This document shows, piece after piece, positions 51,997 to 61,751 of a stretch of DNA of 64,000 nucleotides. Position 1 is the stretch's first letter. Every line of letters begins with the position of its first letter. Source of the stretch: Candidatus Dormiibacterota bacterium (GTDB lineage Bacteria; Chloroflexota; Dormibacteria; Aeolococcales; Aeolococcaceae); assembly GCA_963709585.1 (NCBI GenBank), contig CAVPXI010000023.1:1-64000 (forward strand), read 5' to 3'. Under the pieces are notes generated by a model. The model saw only the letters and a list, made by a program, of their open reading frames with translations, made no database searches and was not told the origin of the DNA. The position numbers and the translations under genes were made by a program.

Positions 51997-53253
51997 ATGA
52001 AAGGCGCTCACGTTCCGAACGCCCGCATTCCCGCTGAAAGCGCGGTGGATCGAGTCGGCGCCGTGGCGCGCGCCCTGACCAGCACGGCAGGCGGCGTGCG
52101 AGAGCTGCAGCGCCAGGTCGTCCGCACTGCGGCGTCGATCGCCGGCGACCGGGCGGCCGCGGCGATGGCTCTGCGCGAGGGCGAGCACCTGAGCGTCAGG
52201 GTCGTCGACTCGGACCGCCCCGGGCTCGACGCATTCGCGGGGTGGGAGGCTGACCCGGAGGTGATCGCCGGGCACAGCGTCAGACGGGTGGTGCGCGGTC
52301 GGGGATCGTTGCTGGTACTGCCGATGTCGTACGAGGATGAGCTGGTGGGAGCGCTCGCGGTCATGTCCCCGTCCGGCCAACCCAGCCTGGATGGTGACGT
52401 CGAGGCTGTTCTGGCCATCCTTGCCAGCAACGCGGCGATCGCGATGGAGAATGCGCGCCTCTTCGAGTTGGAGAAGGAGACGGTTCGCCGTCTCCGTGAG
52501 CTCGACACCATGAAGACGGATTTTCTCTCGACCGTTCAGCACGAGTTGCGCACCCCGCTGACCGCGATCATGGGATTGAGCGACCTCATGGAGATGTGCT
52601 GGGAGGTCTGGGAGGACTTACCGAAGCTCGATGCGCTGCGCGACATCCAGGTCGCCGCCAACAACCTCGACGGCATCGTCGAGACCATCATCGATTTCTC
52701 GGTGGGCGAAGGCGAGGCCGTGGTCCTGGGACTGACCGACGTTCCCCTGGGGGATGCGGTTCGATCCGCGATCGGCGTGGTGAGTGATCGGCACAAGGGC
52801 GGACTTCCTGTACCGGCCGAGGTCGAGGTGGACCCCGGCATCACCGTGCTCGCAGATCCCGATCGCCTCGGGCAGGTGTTGCGCGCGCTCATCGACAACG
52901 CCGTGAAGTTCAGCGACGGCCACGGGGGCGTGGTGGTGCGCGGCACGCGCGTTGATCCGGATGGCGTTCTCGTCGAGGTCATCGATGAAGGAATCGGCAT
53001 TCCCGCCGACGACGTTCCCCGTATCTTCGAGCGGTTCTTCCAGGTGAACAACACCGCCACCCGCCGCTTCGGGGGCACCGGCATGGGGCTCGCCCTGGTC
53101 AAGCGGGTGGCGGAGGCGCACGGCGCCACGATCGATGTCGAGACCGGCGTGGGATCCGGGACCCGGATCTCGCTGCGCTGGCCGGAACGCGGCGCGGCGT
53201 CCGCGGAGCTGCGCGACCATGAGCCGACGGCGTCCCCCCTGCCCGTACAATGA
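51997..53253 (+). CDS. GAF-domain sensor histidine kinase, no adjacent response regulator
   Basis: HELRTPLT, LIDNAVKF, DEGIGIP, FERF, GGTGMGL. Confidence 0.92.
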   Translation: MKGAHVPNARIPAESAVDRVGAVARALTSTAGGVRELQRQVVRTAASIAGDRAAAAMALREGEHLSVRVVDSDRPGLDAFAGWEADPEVIAGHSVRRVVRGRGSLLVLPMSYEDELVGALAVMSPSGQPSLDGDVEAVLAILASNAAIAMENARLFELEKETVRRLRELDTMKTDFLSTVQHELRTPLTAIMGLSDLMEMCWEVWEDLPKLDALRDIQVAANNLDGIVETIIDFSVGEGEAVVLGLTDVPLGDAVRSAIGVVSDRHKGGLPVPAEVEVDPGITVLADPDRLGQVLRALIDNAVKFSDGHGGVVVRGTRVDPDGVLVEVIDEGIGIPADDVPRIFERFFQVNNTATRRFGGTGMGLALVKRVAEAHGATIDVETGVGSGTRISLRWPERGAASAELRDHEPTASPLPVQ

Positions 53254-53255
53254 GC

Positions 53256-53529
53256 GTGGTCGCGCTAGGCGGGGCGTTAGCGGTGCCCTGTACCCGCAAT
53301 CCGCTATAGCGGGGCTGAATTCCCCACCGAGGGGGCGCGTCATTGGGTCTGCTCCGGACGCGCCGGCGTTGACGACTGGGTCCCGCGCAGCTCGGGCCCG
53401 TGAACCCCGTCAGGTCCGGAAGGAAGCAGCGGTAAGCGGTTCCCCGGGGGTGCCGTGGGGAAACCTGGTCTGAGCCGGTCGTACGGGTGAGCGCTGGTGG
53501 CGTGCCGACGACGTGGGGTGCGCGACTAC
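53256..53529 (+). ncRNA. ffs: Signal recognition particle RNA, large (Alu-domain) type
   Basis: GTCAGGTCCGGAAGGAAGCAGC domain IV; 5' GCGGTGCCCTGTACCCGCAATCCGC Alu domain like Bacillus scRNA; terminal helix gtggtcgcgc/gcgcgactac; TACAAT at 53246; precedes dnaX. Confidence 0.93.
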
Positions 53530-53662
53530 CCTCGTTTTCCGGGCGACCCGCCGTTACGGGCGGTTCGCCGTCATTGCGACAATGCCGCCTGCTTCGGGTG
53601 ACCATCGTGGAGGACTCGCGCGCCTTGGATCGCTTGACCGGCCGGTGGTGGGGTGCCCCATC

Positions 53663-55402
53663 GTGAGCCTCGCCCTCTATCGCCGCTATCGCCCGCAGCG
53701 CTTCGCCGACCTGGTGGGCCAGGAGGTGGTCGCGCGCACGCTGGTCAACGAGGTGCGGTCGGAGGAGCTCGCCCACGGCTATCTGTTCACGGGCGTGAGA
53801 GGGACCGGCAAGACGTCGACTGCTCGGATCCTTGCACGGGCCGTCAACTGCGAGGCGCCCGTTGACGGGGAGCCCGACAACGTATGTTCGGCGTGTCTCG
53901 AAATTCTCAGCGGAGCGGCCGTGGATGTGCTCGAGATCGACGCCGCGAGCAACCGCAGCATCGACGACATGCGGGAGCTTCGCGAGCGAGTCGGGTACCT
54001 TCCCGCCCTCTTGCGTCGCAAGGTCTACATCATCGACGAGGCACACATGCTGACCACAGATGCGTGGAACGCGTTCCTCAAGACGCTCGAGGAGCCTCCA
54101 CCGCACGTCCTCTTCGTCCTCGCCACCACCGAGCCCCACAAGGTCCCGGAGACGATCCGGTCGCGGGTGCAGCGATTCGACTTCCGGCGCGTCCCGATAC
54201 CGGCGATCGAGCAGCTGCTGGCCGATGTCGCGCGCCAGGAGGACGAGCAGGTTGACGCTGATGCACTGGCGTTGCTTGCGACCGCGGCCCAGGGGAGCCT
54301 CCGGGATGCGCTCGTCCTGCTCGAGCAGGCGCTCGGCGCCGGCGAGCGCCCGGTCACGGTGGCGGTCGCCCGGCGATCGCTCGGGCTCACCGACCCGTCG
54401 ACCCTGCACGCGCTGGTCACGTCGCTGGCCGGCGCGGACGCGGCGGGCACGCTGCGAGCGGCAGCGGCAGCGTTCGACGCGGGCGCCGATCCCCGCCAGC
54501 TGTTCCGCGATGTCGCCCGCCTGGCGCGCGCCGCCGAGCTTGTCGCGCTCGGCTACCCCGAAGGTGCGTCGGTTGGTCCGGACGAGGTCGCGCTGGTCGC
54601 GGACCTCGCGGCGATCGCGCCATCAGGGCTGTGGTTGCGGCTCCTCGAACTGGTGGCGGAGGCGGAGATGAACCTGCGCCAATCGGTCGACGCACGCCTG
54701 CTCGTCGAGGTGTGTCTGCTCCGGGCGCTGCGTCCACCCGCCGCCGACGGCGAGGCTGCCGGGATGGCCGCGCTGACCCTCCGTGTGACCGCGCTCGAGG
54801 GTGGTATACCCGCGCCGGCGCCGCGCCCAGTTGTCGAAACTCCTGGGCCGCCGGCAGCACCCGCGGCGGCACTACCCACCGTCTTCCGTGGCCCTGAGCC
54901 GGACGCAGTCGCGGAGACCCCTGGCCAGGCGGGGGAGGAGGCAGCGACTCCCGTGGAACCGGCGGCTGCGGCCGACGTGATCGTCGAGGCGATCGGCCGG
55001 CGCGATCTGAGCACCGTCGATGGCTGGATCGCCGAGTGGCCGGTTGCGATCGAAGCCGTGGCGCGCGCGAACAAGGGGCTCGCCGGGGTCCTGCGGGACT
55101 GCAAGCCCGTCGAGGCGGACGCGACCAGCGTGACCATCGGGACCAACGGTCGCTTCCATCACGAGCAGATCAGCGATCCCGAGAAACGCCGCGTCATCGC
55201 CGAGGCGCTGTCCGCGATCGGCGGGCGCCCGGTCGAGGTACGGACGCTGTTCACCGGCGAGGAGCGTCCACGGGGGGCATCGGGATCGGTCAGCGAGGTC
55301 ACCCAGGCGGTGCTCGACACGTTTGCCGGCAGCCGGGTGACGGCGACGCGCCTCCACGACGAAACCCGGCTCGGTACGCCGCGATCTGCCAACGGTGCGT
55401 AG
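53663..55402 (+). CDS. dnaX: DNA polymerase III subunit gamma/tau
   Basis: LYRRYRP, GVRGTGKTS, EIDAASN, IIDEAHML, LKTLEEPP. Confidence 0.96.
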   Translation: MSLALYRRYRPQRFADLVGQEVVARTLVNEVRSEELAHGYLFTGVRGTGKTSTARILARAVNCEAPVDGEPDNVCSACLEILSGAAVDVLEIDAASNRSIDDMRELRERVGYLPALLRRKVYIIDEAHMLTTDAWNAFLKTLEEPPPHVLFVLATTEPHKVPETIRSRVQRFDFRRVPIPAIEQLLADVARQEDEQVDADALALLATAAQGSLRDALVLLEQALGAGERPVTVAVARRSLGLTDPSTLHALVTSLAGADAAGTLRAAAAAFDAGADPRQLFRDVARLARAAELVALGYPEGASVGPDEVALVADLAAIAPSGLWLRLLELVAEAEMNLRQSVDARLLVEVCLLRALRPPAADGEAAGMAALTLRVTALEGGIPAPAPRPVVETPGPPAAPAAALPTVFRGPEPDAVAETPGQAGEEAATPVEPAAAADVIVEAIGRRDLSTVDGWIAEWPVAIEAVARANKGLAGVLRDCKPVEADATSVTIGTNGRFHHEQISDPEKRRVIAEALSAIGGRPVEVRTLFTGEERPRGASGSVSEVTQAVLDTFAGSRVTATRLHDETRLGTPRSANGA

Positions 55403-55419
55403 ACTCGTCTGGATCCGAG

Positions 55420-55731
55420 ATGAAGAACCAGCAGCAGATGATGAAGCAGCTCCAGCAGGTGCAGGCCCGCATGGCCAAGATGCAGGAGGAGCTCAACGAC
55501 GTGACCGTCACCGGCACCGCGGGCGGCGGCGTGGTGTCGATCACCGCGGACGGGCATCAGAAGGTGCTGTCGGTCACGATCGAGCCCGAGGCGCTCGAGG
55601 AGGGCGCCGAGTTGCTCGCCGACCTGATCCTCGCAGCCTGCAACGACGCTCTCGACAAATCCCGTGCTGCCGCGGCGGCGAACATGTCGCAGCTGACCGC
55701 CGGCTTGGGGCTTCCTCCCGGCCTGCTCTGA
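55420..55731 (+). CDS. ybaB: YbaB/EbfC nucleoid-associated protein
   Basis: GTAGGGVV, LADLILAACNDA; dnaX-ybaB-recR synteny. Confidence 0.93.
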   Translation: MKNQQQMMKQLQQVQARMAKMQEELNDVTVTGTAGGGVVSITADGHQKVLSVTIEPEALEEGAELLADLILAACNDALDKSRAAAAANMSQLTAGLGLPPGLL

Positions 55732-55764
55732 CCGGGAGCCGGCGCACGATGACGGAGGCGGGAC

Positions 55765-56364
55765 GTGCCACTCGTTCCTGAGGCGGTCGAACGGCTGGCC
55801 GCGGAATTCGGCCGGCTGCCGGGCGTCGGCCCGAAGACGGCGCAGCGGCTGACGTTCTACTGCCTGCGCGCGCCGGCGGACATGTCGCAGCGGCTCGCCG
55901 GGGCGCTCAACGACCTGCACACGCGCGTCCGTCCCTGCTCGCGCTGCTTCTTCATCGCCGACGGTCCGCTGTGCGCGATATGCATGGATGCCAAGCGGGA
56001 TGGATCGTTGTTATGTGTTGTTGAGGAAGCCCTCGACGTGCTCGCTGTGGAGCGGAGCGGCGAGTTTCACGGCCTGTACCACGTGCTCGGCGGCGCCTTG
56101 TCACCCATGGACGGGGTGGGACCTGATGAGCTTCGCATTCGCGAGCTCGAGGCGCGCGTGGCCGAGGGGGAGATACGCGAGGTGGTCATCGCCACCGATC
56201 CCGACGTCGAAGGTGAGGCGACGGCGTACTACGTCGCCGAGCGGCTCGCGAAGCTCGAGGTCACGGTGTCGCGACCGGCGCACGGCTTGCCCGCGGGCTC
56301 CGACCTCGAGTACGCCGACGAGCTCACCATGGCCCGGGCGTTCGCTGGTCGTCGGGCGCTCTGA
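55765..56364 (+). CDS. recR: Recombination mediator RecR
   Basis: LPGVGPKTAQRL, C4 zinc finger, YHVLGG, EGEATA, LEYADE. Confidence 0.96.
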   Translation: MPLVPEAVERLAAEFGRLPGVGPKTAQRLTFYCLRAPADMSQRLAGALNDLHTRVRPCSRCFFIADGPLCAICMDAKRDGSLLCVVEEALDVLAVERSGEFHGLYHVLGGALSPMDGVGPDELRIRELEARVAEGEIREVVIATDPDVEGEATAYYVAERLAKLEVTVSRPAHGLPAGSDLEYADELTMARAFAGRRAL

Positions 56365-56381
56365 CAGTCCCCCACCCGGGG

Positions 56382-56558
56382 CTAGCGGGATTTCGAAAGC
56401 CGTTGACGGGCGACGATCTTCGCGAAGATGCGTTCCCCGCACCCCGAGCACTTGGCCATTGGTCGCACGACCACTACTGCGGGGCCGGCTTCGCGCTGGT
56501 ATACCGAAAAGGTCAGCGGGATCAGGCGGTCGGCGCCGCACGCCGGGCAGACAAGCAC
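56382..56558 (-). CDS. Small zinc-ribbon hypothetical protein
   Basis: CPAC...CSGC; start uncertain. Confidence 0.5.
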   Translation of the reverse strand: MLVCPACGADRLIPLTFSVYQREAGPAVVVVRPMAKCSGCGERIFAKIVARQRLSKSR

Positions 56559-57050
56559 GATGGCCGTGACCGTGCCACGTCGACGAACCTTTCGTCTGTC
56601 CGCAAGAGTGCGGTCGCGGGCTGCTGAGCGCCGTCGAGTCGTTGGTGGGCTTACAGCGGCCGTTGTTCCTTCTTGGTCACCGGCCTTGCAAATCCCCACT
56701 GCATCTTTTATACCGGTAGTGGAGTAAGCGTGATGAAACCTCATCGGGAAGCATGGTTGACCCGGCTGTCAGGATCCCAGCCGTTCTTCTCGGTTGCGGA
56801 CGAGCGCCAGAGCCGGCCGTGCTGGTCGCTGGGAGGCCTTGCCGCCGGCGCCATCCCTGCCGCTGTCCGGTCGAGCCACGGGTACAAGGCGCAGCTCCCA
56901 TCCGATGCCCGCGAGGAGCCGCAAGCTGCCCGCCCCGGGGACTTCTTTCGCAATTAGATTTCTAGTACCCCTGCGATGACCGGTGACGTGCGCGATCACC
57001 TGTGGAAGATCGAGGTGGTGGTCGCGCCGCTCGCGTAGGATCGTCGTGAA

Positions 57051-57308
57051 GTGAGCGACAATCTCCCTGGCGGGGATACCCAAGTACCTGTGTGGGCCGC
57101 GTCGATGCGACCCCTCCAACTCGGGCCGCTCAGGCGTCTCATTCGAGCGCTCCTCAGCCTCAGCCTTCGACGCCCCCGGTCGTTTGTTCCGGGTGATGAC
57201 GAGGGGCAACCTCCTCCCGAGGGGGCAGGCGTCCCGGCGCGACCAAAGGGTCCCGCCCCAACCTTGCTTGCGGCTGCCGAGGTCGAACTGCCCCGAGATT
57301 CAGACTGA
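57051..57308 (+). CDS. Small hypothetical protein
   Basis: Pro-rich C-terminus GAGVPARPKGPAPTLLAAAEVELP. Confidence 0.4.
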   Translation: MSDNLPGGDTQVPVWAASMRPLQLGPLRRLIRALLSLSLRRPRSFVPGDDEGQPPPEGAGVPARPKGPAPTLLAAAEVELPRDSD

Positions 57309-57358
57309 GCACTCCCGGGGGTCGTCGGTCAGGATGGCTCACGCGGCCAGATAGCGGC

Positions 57359-57547
57359 TCAGTGTGGGCCGGGACGGCGAGGCGCCCAGTGCCCGGCTGC
57401 GAGGGCCACGAGCGCAAAGAAGAGAAAAAACAACAACGGCTCCACCGGGATCCACCTGAGGAAAGTCCAGGATTGCACGAGACCGAGAAGCAAGAGCGCG
57501 AAGGCGCCTGCGAGAAGCCACCATCGACGGCTAACCAGCCAGCGCAC
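57359..57547 (-). CDS. Possible small 2-TM membrane protein
   Basis: Two strongly hydrophobic segments in 62 aa. Confidence 0.35.
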   Translation of the reverse strand: MRWLVSRRWWLLAGAFALLLLGLVQSWTFLRWIPVEPLLFFLFFALVALAAGHWAPRRPGPH

Positions 57548-58493
57548 GCCCCGATTCTGTCATGGATCGCGCGGGTACCCAAGTTGCGTGCCCTTGGGCG
57601 CTCCGGCATAGATCACCAGGAGCACAGCCTGGAAGATCAAGGAGATCGGCGCCCTTCTCGACGCGTAGCGCTAGGCTTGCCGAGTGAGGCGCAAGATCGC
57701 CATCGCCCTGGTGGCGGTGGCCATCGCTGTGGGTTATGCGCTCTCCTTGGCGCGGGTACGGCAACCTTAGTCGCCCTGATAGCTCTGGCCATCGATCGCT
57801 GGCCTGAGACGACCTACTCAACCTGAGGCACCACGCCACCGGCGAGCTGCGTGAGCACATGAACTCGGGGTTGCTCTGAAAGTCTCAAGGTGATGCTGTC
57901 CTCCATGTGGACAGAATCCCTGGACTTGTAGCCCGGTCAGATTCCCTGACCTACTTCAGGCCAGCCAGGCCAACTTGACCTGGGACCTCGGGACCAGTAG
58001 ACTTCGTGGGTTGCCCGCTCGGGGGTGCTCCCGACGGCCGCGTTGCCAGGGATCCATCGTGGACTTGGCGCGCCATGAACCTTGACACTTGAAGAGTGGA
58101 GACGACTTTCCGCGACGGCCTTGGGTCTCGTGCGATCGAGCACGGACCGGCGTAGGCCTCGTCAAAGCATGTCTACGACCCGGGTTTACCGGGACACAGA
58201 CGTATTCATGGAGAGTTTGATCCTGGCTCAGGATTAACGCTGGCGGCGTGCATGAAACATGCAAGTCGAGCGCGGTGTGATGAGGGGTAACCCAATTCAC
58301 ATCTAGCGGCGAACGGGTGAGTAACACGTGAGCAACCTACCTTCGAGTTGGGGATAGCCCTGGGAAACCAGGATTAATACCCGATGTGGTCACAACAGGA
58401 CATCCTGATGTGAGTAAAGGCGTAAGCCGCTCGATGACGGGCTCGCGGCCTATTAGCTTGTTGGTGGGGTAACGGCCTACCAAGGCGATGATG

Positions 58494-58567
<74 letters not shown>

Positions 58568-58689
58568 TAGGAATTTTCCGCAATGGGCGAAAGCCTGACG
58601 GAGCAACGCCGCGTGAGTGATGAAGACCTTCGGGTTGTAAAGCTCTGTCGGAGGGGAAGAACACAATGACGGTACCCTCCAAGAAAGCC

Positions 58690-58728
<39 letters not shown>

Positions 58729-58885
58729 GGGCGAGCGTTATCCGGATTTACTGGGCGTAAAGCGCGTTAAGGCGGCCGACAAAGTTGGTGGTGAAATTTC
58801 AGGGCTCAACTCTGAAACTGCCTCCAATACTAGTCGGCTTGAGTGCGAGAGAGGAAGGTGGAATTCCCGGTGTAGTAGTGAAATG

Positions 58886-58922
<37 letters not shown>

Positions 58923-58959
58923 CTTCTGGCTCGCAACTGACGCTGTAGCGCGAAAGCGT

Positions 58960-58993
<34 letters not shown>

Positions 58994-59092
58994 ACGCCCT
59001 AAACGATGTGCACTAGGTGTTGGGCGTATTGACGCGCTCAGTGCCGCAGCTAACGCATTAAGTGCACCGCCTGGGGAGTACGGTCGCAAGAT

Positions 59093-59136
<44 letters not shown>

Positions 59137-59236
59137 ATGTGGTTTAATTCGAGGCAACGCGAAGAACCTTACCCAGGTTTGACATGCATTCGAAAACCGT
59201 GGAAACACGGTCCCCGAAAGGTGGATGCACAGGTGG

Positions 59237-59303
<67 letters not shown>

Positions 59304-59548
59304 GGTTAGTTGTATTTTCTAGCCAGACTGCTGGGAGAAACCCAGAGGAAGGTGGGGATGACGTCAAGTCATCATGCCCTTTATACCTGGGGCTACACAC
59401 ATGCTACAATGCCCAGTACAACGGGCTGCGACACCGCGAGGTGAAGCCAATCCCTTAAAGCTGGGCCCAGTTCGGATTGCAGGCTGCAACTCGCCTGCAT
59501 GAAGTCGGAGTTGCTAGTAACCGTGGGTCAGCACACCGCGGTGAATAT

Positions 59549-59583
<35 letters not shown>

Positions 59584-59671
59584 CCCGAGTTCTGGTGCAC
59601 CCGAAGTCGCTGGCCGAACCCGCAAGGGACGGAGGTGCCGAAGGTGTGCCCGGTGAGGGGGGTGAAGTCGT

Positions 59672-60453
59672 AAATGTTGCGACCCACGCCGGTAACGGCG
59701 TTGGTAAAATTTGGCTGTATGCTGGGAACCCCGCCGTATCCCACACTACTCGCAAATGTGCAGTGAAAATGTGTTGGGTGATGCGGACAATCAGCAGGGA
59801 AGTCGCTCGGTCGTGGAGACCGGGTTGACCCCTCAGAGACTACACGCCGAACTCCTCGCAGCAAACATTTCAGTCTCCCGTGCGTACCTCTTGGGCGCAT
59901 TACATGACGCGACGATTAGCAAGCTTCATGGGACGGTCCGCTTCGGACAGTCCGACGTAGGTTGGCTGAGCGGCATCGCAACGCTGTGTCGCGCAATCGG
60001 CCAGCGGTCATGGATGTACCGAGAGGGCAAAACGCGCAACCTGTGGATCCTCGAGACGTCGGCCAGGTGGCTGACGCCCGAGATATCTCTCACCTCGACT
60101 GAGGAGCGCCTGGCGTATGCACGCGGGTACTTCGATACAGAGGGTGGGGTACCTCACAATCCGGCAGCGAGGTTCTACATTCAGCTGGTTCAAAAGAACG
60201 CAGTTGATATCGGTAAGCTCAAGGCGATCCTCGAAGAGCTCGGGATCGCCTGCGGCAAGCTGCATAATCCAAGCGCCGGCATCGATAACGAGCTCTGGCG
60301 GTTCTAGTATCCGCCAGATCGCATCGAGCATTCGTCGAGCGCGTGAGCTCGTGGCACCCGCAGAAGCGGAGGAGACTGGAACTCTGGCTCGAAAGCCAGG
60401 ATGCGAGGATGAAGATATAGTCCACGCCCCGTGGCGACACGGGGGCCTTCGTG
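59672..60453 (+). mobile_element. Group I intron in 16S rRNA after U1498 (E. coli numbering), 782 nt
   Basis: Interrupts AAGTCGT^AACAAGG; P1 GTCGT/GCGAC with U-G; P10 TGTT/AACA; core ATGCTGGGAA, AATCAGCAGG, TCAGAGACTAC, AAGATATAGTCC; terminal G. Confidence 0.95.
59756..60420 (+). CDS. Double-motif LAGLIDADG homing endonuclease in the 16S intron, frameshifted at ~60306
   Basis: AYLLGALHDA and AYARGYFDTEGG; stops at 60307 but continues VSARSHRAF...WHPQK...RMKI* in the -1 frame. Confidence 0.85.
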
Positions 60454-60497
<44 letters not shown>

Positions 60498-60810
60498 TAG
60501 GGAGTGGCCCGAGTGCGTACGCGCAGCAATGCGCGTCACGGCACGGACCAGTCAACTCAAGTCGTGCAGTAACGCGTCATGAAGAACCGCGAAGAGTAGC
60601 GAGCAATCGCGAAGAGTACCGGGATGTAATGTGGCGCGGTCCATCAAGCGCAAGCGTGATGGGAAGGCCGGCCAGCAGGCAGTGGGAATCTGCAGAAAAT
60701 AAATGCGCGTCAGGAGCGCGGTGCTCCAGGCGCCCGAGGCTACCACGTCGCCTCGCGGATGTCGCTCCACGCTTCAGCGGTCAAGGGGACCGGCTGCGCC
60801 GGGCCCACAC

Positions 60811-60884
60811 GGGCCTTTAGCTCAGTTGGTGAGAGCGCACGGCTGATAACCGTGAGGTCTGTGGTTCGAATCCACAAAGGCCCA
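60811..60884 (+). tRNA. tRNA-Ile(GAT)
   Basis: GGGCCTTTAGCTCAG...CTGATAA...GGTTCGAATCC...AGGCCCA; CCA not encoded. Confidence 0.96.
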
Positions 60885-60899
60885 CGCTCGTATCCGTTC

Positions 60900-60972
60900 G
60901 GGGATGTAGCTCAGCTGGAAGAGCACCTGCTTTGCAAGCAGGGGGTCGCCGGTTCGAGCCCGGCCATCTCCA
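60900..60972 (+). tRNA. tRNA-Ala(TGC)
   Basis: GGGGATGTAGCTCAG...TTTGCAA...GGTTCGAGCCC...CATCTCCA. Confidence 0.96.
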
Positions 60973-61705
60973 CGGGCAACGACCCCTCCGCTCGACAGCC
61001 GGCCTCAAGGTCGGTCGTTTGTACGTTGACACGAGAATAGCGAGTTTGCGAGAACACTGGACGGTTTCCGTCGTCCAGCGTTCAAGTGAGAATCCTCAAT
61101 AACAAACAACAAGCCAGGCGAAACACGTGTCGTGGTGACGCAGCGTCGTCACCAGGCCTCCTGCAGTCATTGAACAGTGACGATAGGAAAGGTCAAGCTA
61201 CCAAGGGCACACGGTGGATGCCTTGGCACCAAGAGCCGATGAAGGACGTAGCGTTGTTGCGATAAGCCTCGGGTAGCTGCTAGCAAGCACTCGATCCGGG
61301 GATTTCCGAATGGGGCAACCCACCTGGAGGAATGTCCAGGTACTCCCGGTTGAATATATAGACCGGGTAGAGGGCACGCGGAGAACTGAAACATCTAAGT
61401 ATCCGCAGGAAAAGATGTCATCCCCTGAGTAGTGGCGAGCGAAAAGGGGTGAGGCTAAACCGAGACGGCGTGATAGCCGGCAGGCGTTTCCGTCTCGGGG
61501 TCGCGGGACCTCAGCGTTCCCTCTGCCGAGGGGACAAGGAGTTACAAAGTCGTTGTCTAGCCGAACGGCATTGGAAAAGCCGGCCGCAGAGGGTGACAGC
61601 CCCGTACGCGAAAGGCACACGACCTCCTTTGAGAGCTCCCAAGTACCACGGAACACGTGGAATTCTGTGGGAATCTGGGCGGACCATCGTCCAAGCCTGA
61701 ATACT

Positions 61706-61751
<46 letters not shown>

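Noticed and set aside
53513-53662. Extended dnaX N-terminus from the ORF track
   Set aside because: Overlaps the SRP RNA; conserved DnaX sequence begins at GTG 53663
60588-60618. Short direct repeat cgcgaagagta x2 in the rRNA spacer
   Set aside because: Only two copies; not CRISPR-like
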